DNA of 64,000 nucleotides from the human T2T-CHM13v2.0 reference genome, Homo sapiens, in the NCBI RefSeq assembly GCF_009914755.1, contig NC_060925.1; one strand, given 5' to 3'. Below, one piece after another: positions 52,988 through 64,000 of the stretch (position 1 is its first letter; each line of letters starts with the position of its first letter). The notes under the pieces are model-generated. The model saw nothing but the letters and a program-made list of their open reading frames with translations. It searched no databases and had not been told where the DNA came from. The translations under genes were made by a program, and so were the position numbers.

Positions 52988-55012
52988 TGTCCTAGCCAGA
53001 ACAATCAGACAAGAGAAAGAAATAAAGGACATCCAAATTGGTAAAGAGGAAGAAGTCAAATTGTTGCTGTTCACTGATGACATGATTGTATACCTAGGAA
53101 ACCCTAAAGACTCATCCAAAAAGCTCCTAGATCTGATAAATGAGTTCAGTAAAGTTTCAGGATACAAAATCAATGTACACAAATCAGTAACACTGCTATA
53201 CACCAATAGTGACCAAGCTGAGAATCAAATAAAAAATTCAAACTTGTTTATGACACCTACAAAAATAAAATACTTAGAAATACACCTTCACAAGTAAGTG
53301 AAAGATATCTATAAGAAAAACTACAAAACACTGGTGTAAGAAATCGCAGATGACACAATCAAATGGAAACACATCCCATTCTCATGGATGGGTAGAATCA
53401 ATATTGTGAAAATGGCCATCTACCAAAAGCAATCTATAACTTCAATGCAATTCCCATCAAAATACCACCATAATTCTTCACAGAACTAGAAAAAACAATC
53501 CTAATATTCATATGGAACAAAAAAAAGAGCCTACATAGCCAAAGCAAGACTAAGCAAAAAGAACAAATCTGGAGGCATCACATTACCTGACTTTGAACGA
53601 TACTACAAGGCTATAGTTACCAGAACAGCATGGTACTGGTATAAAAACAGACAGGTAGACCAATGGAAGGAGAGAACACAGAAATAAAGCCAAATACTTA
53701 CAGCCAACTGATCTTTGATAAAGGAAACAAAAATGTAAAGTGAGGAAAGAACACCCTATGCAACAAATGGTGCTGGCATCATTGACAAGCCACATGTAGA
53801 AGAATGAAACTGGATCCTCATCTCTCACCTTACACAAAAATCAACTCAAGATGGATCAAAGACATAAATCTGAGACCTAAAACCATATAAACCCTGGAAT
53901 ATACTTTAAAAAACTCTTCTAGACATTGGTTGGCTTAGGCAGAGTTCATGACCAAGAACCCAAAGCAAATGCAACAAAAACAATAATAAATAGATGGGTC
54001 TGAATTAAATTTAAAAGCTTCTGCACAGCAAAAGAAATAATCAGCAGAGTAAACAGACAACCCACAGAGTGGGAGAAAATATTCACAGACTATGCATCTG
54101 ACATGGGACCAGTATCCAGAATCAACAAAGTACTCAAACAAATCATCAGGAAAAAACAATCACATCAAAAAGTGGGCAAAGGACATGAATAGAATATTTT
54201 CAAAAGAAGATACACAAATTGCCAGCAAACATGTAAACGTGCTCATCACTATCAAGGAAATTCAAATCAAAACCACAATGCGATACCACCTTACTCCTGC
54301 AAGAATGGTCATAATTAAAAAAACAAAAAATAATAGATGTTGGCATGAATGTGGTGTAAAGGGAACAGTTTTACACTGCTGGTGGGAATGTAAACTATTA
54401 CAACCACTATGAAAACAGTATGGAGATTCCTTAAAGAACTAAAAGTAGAACTACCATTTCATCCAGCAATCCCACTACTGGGTATCTACCCAGAGGAAAA
54501 GAAGTCATTATATGAAAAAGACACTTGCACAAACGTGTTTATAGCAGCACAACTCATGATTGCAAAACTATGGAACCAGCCCAAATGCCCATCAATTAAG
54601 GGGTGGATAAAGAAAATGTGATACATACGCACGTGTGTGTGTGTGTGTGTACACTATGGAATACTACTCAGCCATAAAAAGGAACAAAATAATGGCATTC
54701 ACAGCAACCTAGATGGAGTTGGAGACCATTATTCTAAGTAACTCAGGAATGGAAAACCAAACATTGTATGTTCTCACTTATCAGTGGGAGCTAAGCTATG
54801 AGGACGCAAAGGCCTAAGCATAATATAATAGATTCTGGGGATTCAGTGGAAGAGTGAGAGTGGGGTGATGGATAAAGTACTACACACTGGGTTCAGTGTA
54901 CACTGCTCTGGCAACGAGTGCACCAAAATCTCGGAAATTACTGCTAAAGAAGTTACTCATGTAACCAAACACCACCTGGTCCCCAAAACTACTGAAATTT
55001 TTTTAAAAATGA
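52988..55012 (+). mobile_element. 5'-truncated L1PB (ORF2 3' part and 3' UTR)
   Basis: [12 protein letters not shown] motif; [24 protein letters not shown]. Confidence 0.92.
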
Positions 55013-55398
55013 AAAACCCAGCTATTCATTTAATAAAATCAAACTTTACAGAATTATCTAAGTAAAAATAAAAAGTTTTACCATTTTCTTTATTTTTTCA
55101 GAAATTACTTCTGTTGAGTATTTGGTGACACTTTCTAGATCTTTTCTATGTATAAGTACACTCATAGACACATAAATAAATACATTAAAATCACACACGT
55201 GCATGGGATCACAATAACATACTGGTCTACAACCTGCTTTTTCCCCTTAGCTATATATTATGGGCATCTTTCTGTGGTATTACTTAAAAATTTACATCAC
55301 TAACTTTTAAAACTCATCTTTATTAAAGCATAATTTACACACAATAAAGTATAACTTTTACATTTACAACTTGATAATTTTGGAAATATATTACCTGA

Positions 55399-55690
55399 TT
55401 TTATTTTATTTTATTTTGAGTCAGAGTTTCACTCTTGTTGCCCAGGCTGGAGTGCAATGGCGCGATCTTGGCTCAGCACAACCTCCGCCATCCGGGTTGA
55501 AGCGATTCTCCTGCCTCAGCCTCCTGAATAGCTGGGATTACAGGCATGCACGACCATACCCGGCTAATTTTGTATTTTCAGTAGAGACAGGGTTTCTCCA
55601 TCAGGCTGGTCTTGAACTCCCAACCTCAGGTGATCTGCCCGCCTCGGCCTCCCAAAGTGCTGGGATTACAGGCGAGAGCCACCATGCCCC
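55399..55690 (-). mobile_element. AluSp-like, antisense
   Basis: gagtttcactcttgttgcccaggctggagtgcaatggcgcg. Confidence 0.9.
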
Positions 55691-55964
55691 ACTTACCTGA
55701 TTATTCTTAACAATGACAAAGTATTCCATTGTATAGATATGCTATAATACATTTAAGCATTTTCCCATTAATGGATGTTTGGGATGTTGTTGTTTCTTAA
55801 ATGTCAAGTGATGCTGCATTAAGTAATTCTGTAGATATATTTTTGTATATTTACACATGCATTTCTTAGGATAAATTCTTAGACATGGAATTTCTGGGAT
55901 GAAGTATACAAACATTTTAAGTAATAACATATAATGTCAAATTGTTCTTCTAAAAGACTGGACC

Positions 55965-57150
55965 TTTTAAAATACAAAAGTACAGGCAACAAAAGCAAAT
56001 ATTAGACAAATGGGATTACATCAAGCTGAAAAGAATTTGCACAGCAAAGGAAACAATTAACAGAGTAAAAAGACAACTTATAGAATGGGAGAAAATATTT
56101 GCAAAGTTTATGTCTGACAAGGTGTTAACATCCAGAATATATAAAGAGCTTAACAGGAAAAAACCAAACAAGCTGATTAAAAAATGGGCAAAAGACTTTA
56201 ACAGACATTTCTCTAAAGAAGACATAAAAATGGACAACAGGTACATGAAAAAAATGGTCAATATCACTAATTATTGGGGAAATACAATTAAAACGCCAAT
56301 GAAGTATAACCTCACTCCAGTTAGAATGACTGTTATCAAAAAGTCAGAAGAAAACAAGTGCTGGTTAAGTTGTGGAGAGGAAGGAACCCTTACATTGCTG
56401 GTGGCATTGTAAATTAGTACAGCCACCACAAGAAACAGCATGGAAGTTTCTCAATAAAATAAAAATAGAGCTACCATATTATCCATCAATTTCACTGCTG
56501 GGTGGATATTCAAAGGAAATAAAGTCGCTATGTTAAAGAGATATCTGCACTCTCAAGTTTATTGCAGCCCTGTTCACAATAGCCAAGATATAGAAGCAAT
56601 CTAAGTGTCCCCCAGCAGATGAATAGATAAATAAAATGTGGAATATATGCACAATGGAATAGTATTCAGCCATAAAAAATAATGAAATCCTGTGATTTGC
56701 AGCAATATAAAAAGACCTGGAGGATATCATATTTAATGAAATTATCCAGGCACAGAGAGACTGATACTGCATGATTTCACTCATATTTTGAATCTAAAAA
56801 AATACAAAGTTGATACTATAGAAGCAGAGAATAGAACTGTGGTTATCAGAGACTGGGGAGGGGAGAGGGAAGAGGAGGATAGGGAGAAGTTGGTCAATGG
56901 GTATAAAGTTATAATTTGACAGGAGGAATAAATTCTGTTCTATTGGTGATGATGGTTAATGGTCAGTTATAATATATTACAAAAAAGCTAGAAGAGAGGC
57001 TTTTGAATGTTTTTATTCCAAAGAAATGATAAATGCATGAGATGATGGGTACATTAAATATCCTAATTTGATCGTTATATACCATGTATGTATATCAAAA
57101 TATCAAACTGTGCTTCCATAAATATATACAATTACAATGTGTCAATTAAG
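55965..57150 (+). mobile_element. L1MA-type 3' end
   Basis: [21 protein letters not shown]2 homology. Confidence 0.85.
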
Positions 57151-57258
57151 ACGAAAAGGTTGAACCAATTTACACTTGTAATAATGGCGTATGAGAGTTT
57201 CTGTTTCCTCTTTCCCTGATCATTTGTGATCATATCAATGCACAGGTTTATTTTTATT
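57012..57258 (-). terminator. Candidate poly(A) signals (AATAAA at 57012-57017, 57247-57252, 57253-57258) for the 6-domain isoform
   Basis: tttatt hexamers on + strand 2.3-2.5 kb downstream of the read-through stop; AT-rich context, use is inferred. Confidence 0.35.
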
Positions 57259-59549
57259 ATTTTTTTTTTGTCAGTCCTAACATCTATGCTTGCGCCACCC
57301 AAAGAATTCACTTGTTCTCTCCTATGTGACTCTACAGGCTACTAGTTGGTTTTCCATGGAATTTTAGTGAAGTATAAGCCATTAATGATGAGTAACTGTT
57401 GACAAAGTATTCAGAAACGATTTACAAAATGGACATTTTGAAATCTATTACTAATTTTTTAAAACAGTCCATTCTTTTTGAATTGTGAAATAACTCACAA
57501 TTTACTCTGAAATAATAATAATCATGAGAAAATGATTGTTCCTTTACTTCCTCTCCTTCCTCTAACTATTTTTCTTTGTTACATTTTTTTTACATTTTCA
57601 GTGTTCATAATAGTTACTTTCTATTCTGTGACCATAATTCTCACAGTTGATTAGCCTTTGTTTCTATATCTAAATCAGTGGTTTCCAATCTTGTCTACAC
57701 AATATTCTCACTTGAGGTTGTGTCAAAAAATACTGATTCTGTGGCCCCATCTGTGAGATTCTGAATTGAATTAGTCTGGAGAGGGGCTTTGACGAGTCAA
57801 TGTGTGACCTTTTACAAAGGTCTTTGACGAGTCTAATATGCAGCCAGGGTTGAGAGCCAGTCATAATGCGGTTTCCTCATTATGAGTCCTTTATATTCAT
57901 TTACATCTTGTTGGGCTAGATTTTGTCATTAGGTGTTTTTTCCAGAAGGCTTAGTGCATTCTCAGTTTCCTGAATCCCTGTATTTTTGACAATGTCTTTT
58001 TGAATTGATATAAAATTTTCGGTTATTATTCTTCCCTCGCAGGTCCAAGTCTGGACCTCCTCTCTCTTTGGTACTGAGTGCACTGCAAAGTCTAAGACTA
58101 ACTTGATGTTTTTCTTTCTGAGACGACTGCTTTTTTCCCCATAATCATAGGCACATATATATATTTTTAACCTCAAAGTCAATAACGTCATCAACATATA
58201 TGTTCTGATCTACATATTCAAGTTTTCTTTACTTCCCAACAATTTCTACTACATTTTTGAGTTTCATTTTACTCTTCGGTTCAATTTTCTGAGGGTCTCC
58301 ATTTTAATTATCCACATAACTGGATACAGACAAATCCATTGTCTGATTTCCATATTATAATTTTTGCCTTTATTTCTGTATCTTTCTACTTTGCATTCTG
58401 TATTGTTTTCTCAAATTGGTTCTTCATTCAATTAATGGTTTTCAAAGATATCCAATCTATTCTTACTGCTTCAAATTGGTATTTCATTTCTAAAATAGCT
58501 TTGTTTTTTTTCCTCTTGGGCTTTGCTAGATGATTTTTTTAAATCCCCTCTTATCATCTTGTCATATCATCTGTCCACTAAATTACAAATGTTGACTGAG
58601 GACCTACTGTGTGCCAAACACTGAGTAGGCACAGGGATGTTGTGAAGACCAAGATGGATGCAGTTCTGTTCTCATGAAGCTTACATTCTACTGGCATTAA
58701 GGGTGACAGTCAAGAAACAGAAAATAAAGAGGCTTAAGATGCTGCTGAATATGAGAAGAAAGTAAAACATGGATAAAAAGATAGTAATGGGATGCAGAAT
58801 GAGTGAAGTCTAGAAGCTTCCTAGTAGATTTGGCTCTGACTTTGGAGTAGTCTCAGAACATTCACATTTTAAAAATAACCTCTTTACTCAACAAGTTATG
58901 CTAGGGGCATGTCTGACACATCAGGCTCAAGATTTTTCTATCATACCATTTGGCTTCTCTGAAAAGAAAGTAAACTTTCCCCCAGTTTCTATAAACAAAG
59001 ATTCAAGTAAAAACAGAAGCAACTTAGCTCCTAAAAAGACACCAAATCATACACATACAATTTGCACACGTTTCTTGAATGTATGTCATACTTCAACAAT
59101 AGTTTTTTTAAAATAATACAATAAAATGATACTGATTTTAGCAGGTTAGAAAACAAGGGATCATAAAAACTCCAGAAGTTTGAGGAGTTGGTTCCTAGGG
59201 AGCCATTTCCCCCTTTGTTCACCAGCAGCTTTCTCCAAATCTACCATAAGATTGGAAATCCTTTGGAGAATTTAAGGTCTTGACCAATATTTATCTATAA
59301 GACTGTGCTTGTAGCTAAGTTAATATGTAAATGTCAGTAGAGAAGTAGGACACGCTCCGTGCATCAAGAAAAATTGGCGTACTGTTGGAACATACAAGGA
59401 ATGAGGAGAAAATACAATAAATAAATTCATTTGGTAAAAGCTGGGGAATCTACTGAGCTGTTTTAGGGGTCTGGCTGAGCCAGGACTTATGAGTACGGAA
59501 AACCCCAGCTAGTTAGTTGAGGAGGAAGCCAAGAAGGGGATTAAGTTGA

Positions 59550-59647
59550 TTAGGGGAGGAAACTGGACAGTGCAAACAGATTTTTAAAGGAATGGGTGAG
59601 AGAGAACTCAGCCAGGGGTGGGTGACTGGCAAGAACCCAGCACTTAC
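59550..59647 (-). CDS. FCRL5: Intronic read-through C-terminus of the 6-domain isoform (IRTA2b type)
   Basis: Frame continues past the donor as GKCWVLASHPPLAEFSLTHSFKNLFALSSFLP*; matches the recalled IRTA2b tail. Confidence 0.85.
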
Positions 59648-59926
59648 CAGTGACAAAAAGGCTCACCACTTCACTGCGCTGGGGACCAAAGCCATTGTCA
59701 GCTGTGCAGTAGTAATTCCCTGAATGTCCTTCAGTCAGAGAGAAGCTGAAGGACACTCTTCCCACAGAGGGTGTTGAGCTGCTCCACAGGGGCATGTCCT
59801 CATGATAAAACTGGTATAGGATTTGTGGGGAACCTCTCTGGACTTCACAGTGAAGTGTCACAGTGGCTCCTTCAAAAGTCAGGGCCTCAGCAGAGCTGAG
59901 GGTGAGGACAGGATGAGACACAGGGA
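59648..59926 (-). CDS. FCRL5: FCRL5 Ig-like domain 6 exon (exon 8)
   Basis: 279-bp phase 1-1 exon, ttcctcAG|...|GTaagt; VPVSHPVLTLSSAEALTFEGATVTLHCEVQRGSPQILYQFY...GNYYCTADNGFGPQRSEVVSLFVT, recognised FCRL5 sequence. Confidence 0.97.
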
Positions 59927-60972
59927 CTGAGGAAGAGAAAGATTGAATCAAGAGTTGCTTTTGCCTCTTACTGTAGATTTCAACACTTGGCCAGTGCAGA
60001 TGCCCAGTCTCCAGTACAGGATCTCTAGACTTCACCTACCTGGAGGGCAGCCAAGCAACTTCTCAGGTTTCTGTGACCAGCCCTCCATGCTGGTCTTTCC
60101 CTATCTGTTCATCTTTCCAGGAGACCAATACTCTCTTCTTCTCTCATGGCTCCTCTTGTAGTGTGACCTGCCTCCTTTTTGCAGAGGAGATGATGCTTTC
60201 AAGGAAAAAATTCCTTGTCTTGCCACCACCAGACTCACTTGCACCGCTCCTCACTTCTTCCTGCAACCATGCAGGCTTCCCTGCAACCATGGAAGAGCCA
60301 TGCCTGGCCTGCCCAAGGGGGATTTTCCTATGTCTCTTGACCTTGTGCACATCTGCCTCTGTCCTAGACATAAAGTCCTTACCTCTTTTGGCTTCTTCCA
60401 ATCTACATTTTGGTGTGTTTAACTATCTCCATATAAGAAAAACTATCAGACAATTCAAAAACAACTTTATTTGTATTTGAAGTTCCTCACAGTTGGTTCC
60501 TCCACTTTTCTGTGGACAGACTTCTGGAAGAAGTGACCTACATTTATCATCTCTACTTCTTTATCTCATATCTCATATGCATATTCTGTCCATTACAACT
60601 CAGTTTTTACCCCCAATAATCTACTAAAGCTGATTTTTCATGTTTATGAATGTAGTAATGATGATAATGATAAATATAAAAAAGATATTTGTTATAATGA
60701 GATTATAGTGCCTTTAAGTTCTGGTGTGTGTATATTTGTCAGATGTAATTTGTGAATATCTATATGTATAAAGACACTAAGTTAATCATCAAAACAATTC
60801 AATGAGGTAGGTATTATTGTTGTCCCTATGTCACAGATGAAAATACTGAGGCCCCGAGTGGTTGAGTCACACAGCTAGTAAGTGAAGAGGCAGCAGTCAA
60901 ACCCAGGTATTCTGGTTCTAGTCTGTGTTCTTCTGCCAAAGGGTACTTTGTGGCTAAATTCACTGGATGTGA

Positions 60973-61317
<345 letters not shown>

Positions 61318-61807
61318 TAGCTTTGCCTTATCCAAACTGGCTCACTATCATCTGCTTAGAACATGTTCTACCCTTGGTGACAGTGGGGCACACTCTCACA
61401 GTGAGTGCCTTTTCCCTTGGCCAGAGTCCTTCCTTCTCATGTCCCATTTCCTCTACTGGGACTAGACTGGGGGTTCTGTCCAACTGGACACTCCCTTGTT
61501 GGGCTCCCTCCTTCACGCCTGGCTGCTCCTCAAACAGGTTGCTCTATGACCTGATCCCCACTGTACTGCTGGAGTGGTTTTCCCCAACATTTAAAACCTT
61601 CATGGAGCCCAGATTGCCCTGCAGAATATGGCCCAAGCCCTTACTCTGCTTCTAAGTAGGTTCTAATGATGTTGTCTTCCCCAACCTTATCTTGTGGTTC
61701 TCCACTGTTCTGTCTATGGTTCAGTCATCAAGAACTGACCACTCTCCAGTTCCTTGAAAGTGTCCTCCCTCCCTCACCACAATCCTCTTCTCCATCAGGT
61801 CTCATCT

Positions 61808-62877
61808 TGTTGCGGGAAGTCAGGGACCCCGAATGGAGGGACCAACTGAAGCCATGGCAGAAGAACATAAATTTTGAAGATTTCATGGACATTTATTAGT
61901 TCCCCAAATTAATACTTTTATAATTTCTTATGCCTGTCTTTACTGCAATCTCTGAACATAAATTGTGAAGATTTCATGGACACTTATCACTTCCACAGTC
62001 AATACCCTTGTGATTTCCTATGCCTGTCTTTACTTTAATCTCTTAATCCCATCATTTTTGTAAGCTGAGGATGAATGTCACCTCAGGACCCTGTGATAAT
62101 TGTGTTAACTGCACAAATTGTTTAAACAATATGAAATCTGGGCACCTTGAAAAAAGAACAGGATAACAGCAATGTTCAGGGAACAAGGGAGATAACCTTA
62201 AACTCTGGCTGCCTGTGAGCTGGGTGGAACAGAGTCATATTTTTCTTCTTTCTAAATCAAATAGGAGAGATATCACTGAATTCTTTTTCTCAGCAAGGAA
62301 CATCCCTGAGAAAGAGAATATGTCCCTAAGGGGAGGCCTCTGAAATGGCCGCTTTGGGGATGGCTGTCTTTTATGATCGTTGCTGAGGGATGAAATAAGC
62401 TCTGGTCTCCTGTAGTGCTCCCAGGCTTATTAGGACGAGGAAATTCCTGCCTAATAAATTTTGGTCAGACTGGTTGTCTGCTCTCAAAACCCTGTCTCCT
62501 GATAAGATGTTATCAATGACAATGCGTGCCCGAAGCTTCATTAGCAATTTTAATTTCGCCCCGGTCCTGTGGTCCTGTGAGCTCACCCTGCCTCCATTTG
62601 CCTTGTGATATTTTATTACTTTGTGAAGCATGTGATCTCTGTGAGCCACACCCTATTAGTACACTCCCTCCACTTTTGAAAATCACTAATAAAAACTTGC
62701 TGGTTTTATGGCTTAAGGGGCATCATGGAACCTGCCGACATGTGATGTCTCCCCCGGACACCCAGCTTTAAAATTGTTCTCTTTTGTACTCTGTCCCTTT
62801 ATTTCTGAGACCAGCTGACACTTAGGGAAAATAGAAAAGAACCTATGTAAAATATTGGGGGTGAATTTCCCCCGATA
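61808..62877 (+). mobile_element. MER11 solo LTR (HERV-K11/HML-8) in the FCRL5 intron upstream of domain 6
   Basis: tgttgcgggaagtcagggacccc...aatttcccccgata, 1070 bp, perfect 6-bp TSD tcatct. Confidence 0.9.
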
Positions 62878-64000
62878 TCATCTCAAATTCCAAGAATTGT
62901 TTTCTCACTTCCCAACTCAGATTGGCATGCCTTTCATCTGCTCCTGCAGCCACCAGGTACTTCTAAACTTAGGTTGATGTTTTCTCTATTACTTGACTGC
63001 ATTTGCTATTAGCCCCTGTGAACTGTGTGGGCAGGGCCAGGTTAGTGTAGTCTTAGATGCATCCTTAGATGTCACTACATCTAGGTGTATATATAGAATC
63101 AGCATTTAGTAGGTGAAGAAGTGGGTCATTTAATAGGACTTTAAACATCTCTGAGTGTGTTTGATCATGATGTCCCTGTCTCCACTTTCCTTGGGCCTCT
63201 GAATGTTAGGAGTACTGTTCTTTTTCTACATCATTTGATATCTCCCCCTGGGTTCCCTGGCCCTCTCCTTTATAATCACACACATCCATGTGGGAGGGAC
63301 TGGATTCTTGCTTGTCTTCCAAGGTGGTATTATTGTTTTACAGGAAAGGAAACTGAGGCCGCTTCCGGGACCAACCAAGACTGGACTCTCTGTCTCCAGT
63401 ATAGGCCCAAATCACACTGTCTCCTTCAACATTGAACCTGGCCATTTAGCCACACATGGATGGTTCAAAACTGAGATCCAAAGCTCAAAGAAAACCTTTT
63501 TGATGTCATAACTATTTGACAGTTACCTGAGTAGCCGTGAGGGCATTAAGCCAAGCAAGTAGAGGTTAAGCTGTCTCCTGACCTGCCCTCAGCCCACTGC
63601 TGTCTGTGCCTTTCTTACCTACTGCCCAATCAACCCTAAAAAAGGCTTGAGCAAGGGAGACATGTTGGGTTAACTGTGATCCAGCGACTTGTCTTTGTGT
63701 CTTACATGACTTTGCATCTGGTTATTCATTGATGTCTGATGTTAACTGGACAGGGGACATTTCTGTGCTCCTGAGAACTGAGTCTGAGTCTATATCTACT
63801 AAGAATAATTTAGTAAACAAAAATCAGGCATCTGGCAGATCTACAGGACAAGTGGAGAGCACAAGAAAAGCAATTGGCTGCTCAGAATTTGAGGAGCAGG
63901 GAAAAGAAAGCTGCTGCATCATTAGGCAGGGGTGGGAAGGCACCCAGACTGCAATGGGATGAGGCTCAAGGGGCAGACAGCTGGTTCAGTGAGCTAGAGA

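Overview
Mammalian, almost certainly human, genomic DNA (primate Alu, L1PB, MER11 content), consistent with 1q23. The right part carries the 3' half of FCRL5 (IRTA2/FcRH5/CD307e) on the minus strand: four Ig exons (domains 6-9), the transmembrane exon, five cytoplasmic exons and a ~2.3 kb 3' UTR. All splice sites are readable. The intronic read-through tails of the 6-domain and 8-domain isoforms are present. The 5' exons lie beyond the right edge. The left ~38 kb is repeat-rich (L1, Alu, MaLR/ERVL LTRs, a two-LTR MER61-type ERV1 provirus with nested MER4 LTR and Alu). Main unexplained signals: (1) an open, splice-intact phase 1-1 exon at 6497-6853 (+) encoding a CD2/SLAM/CD48-type V-set Ig domain, with no partner exons found; (2) a rearranged MLT2 LTR forming a ~260-bp inverted repeat around the likely distal FCRL5 poly(A) signal; (3) four co-oriented CTCF motifs, three with the upstream ZF9-11 module; (4) splice options that swap the FCRL5 ITIM tail for an ITIM-less tail. 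Repeat subfamily names are from recall and repeat boundaries are approximate.
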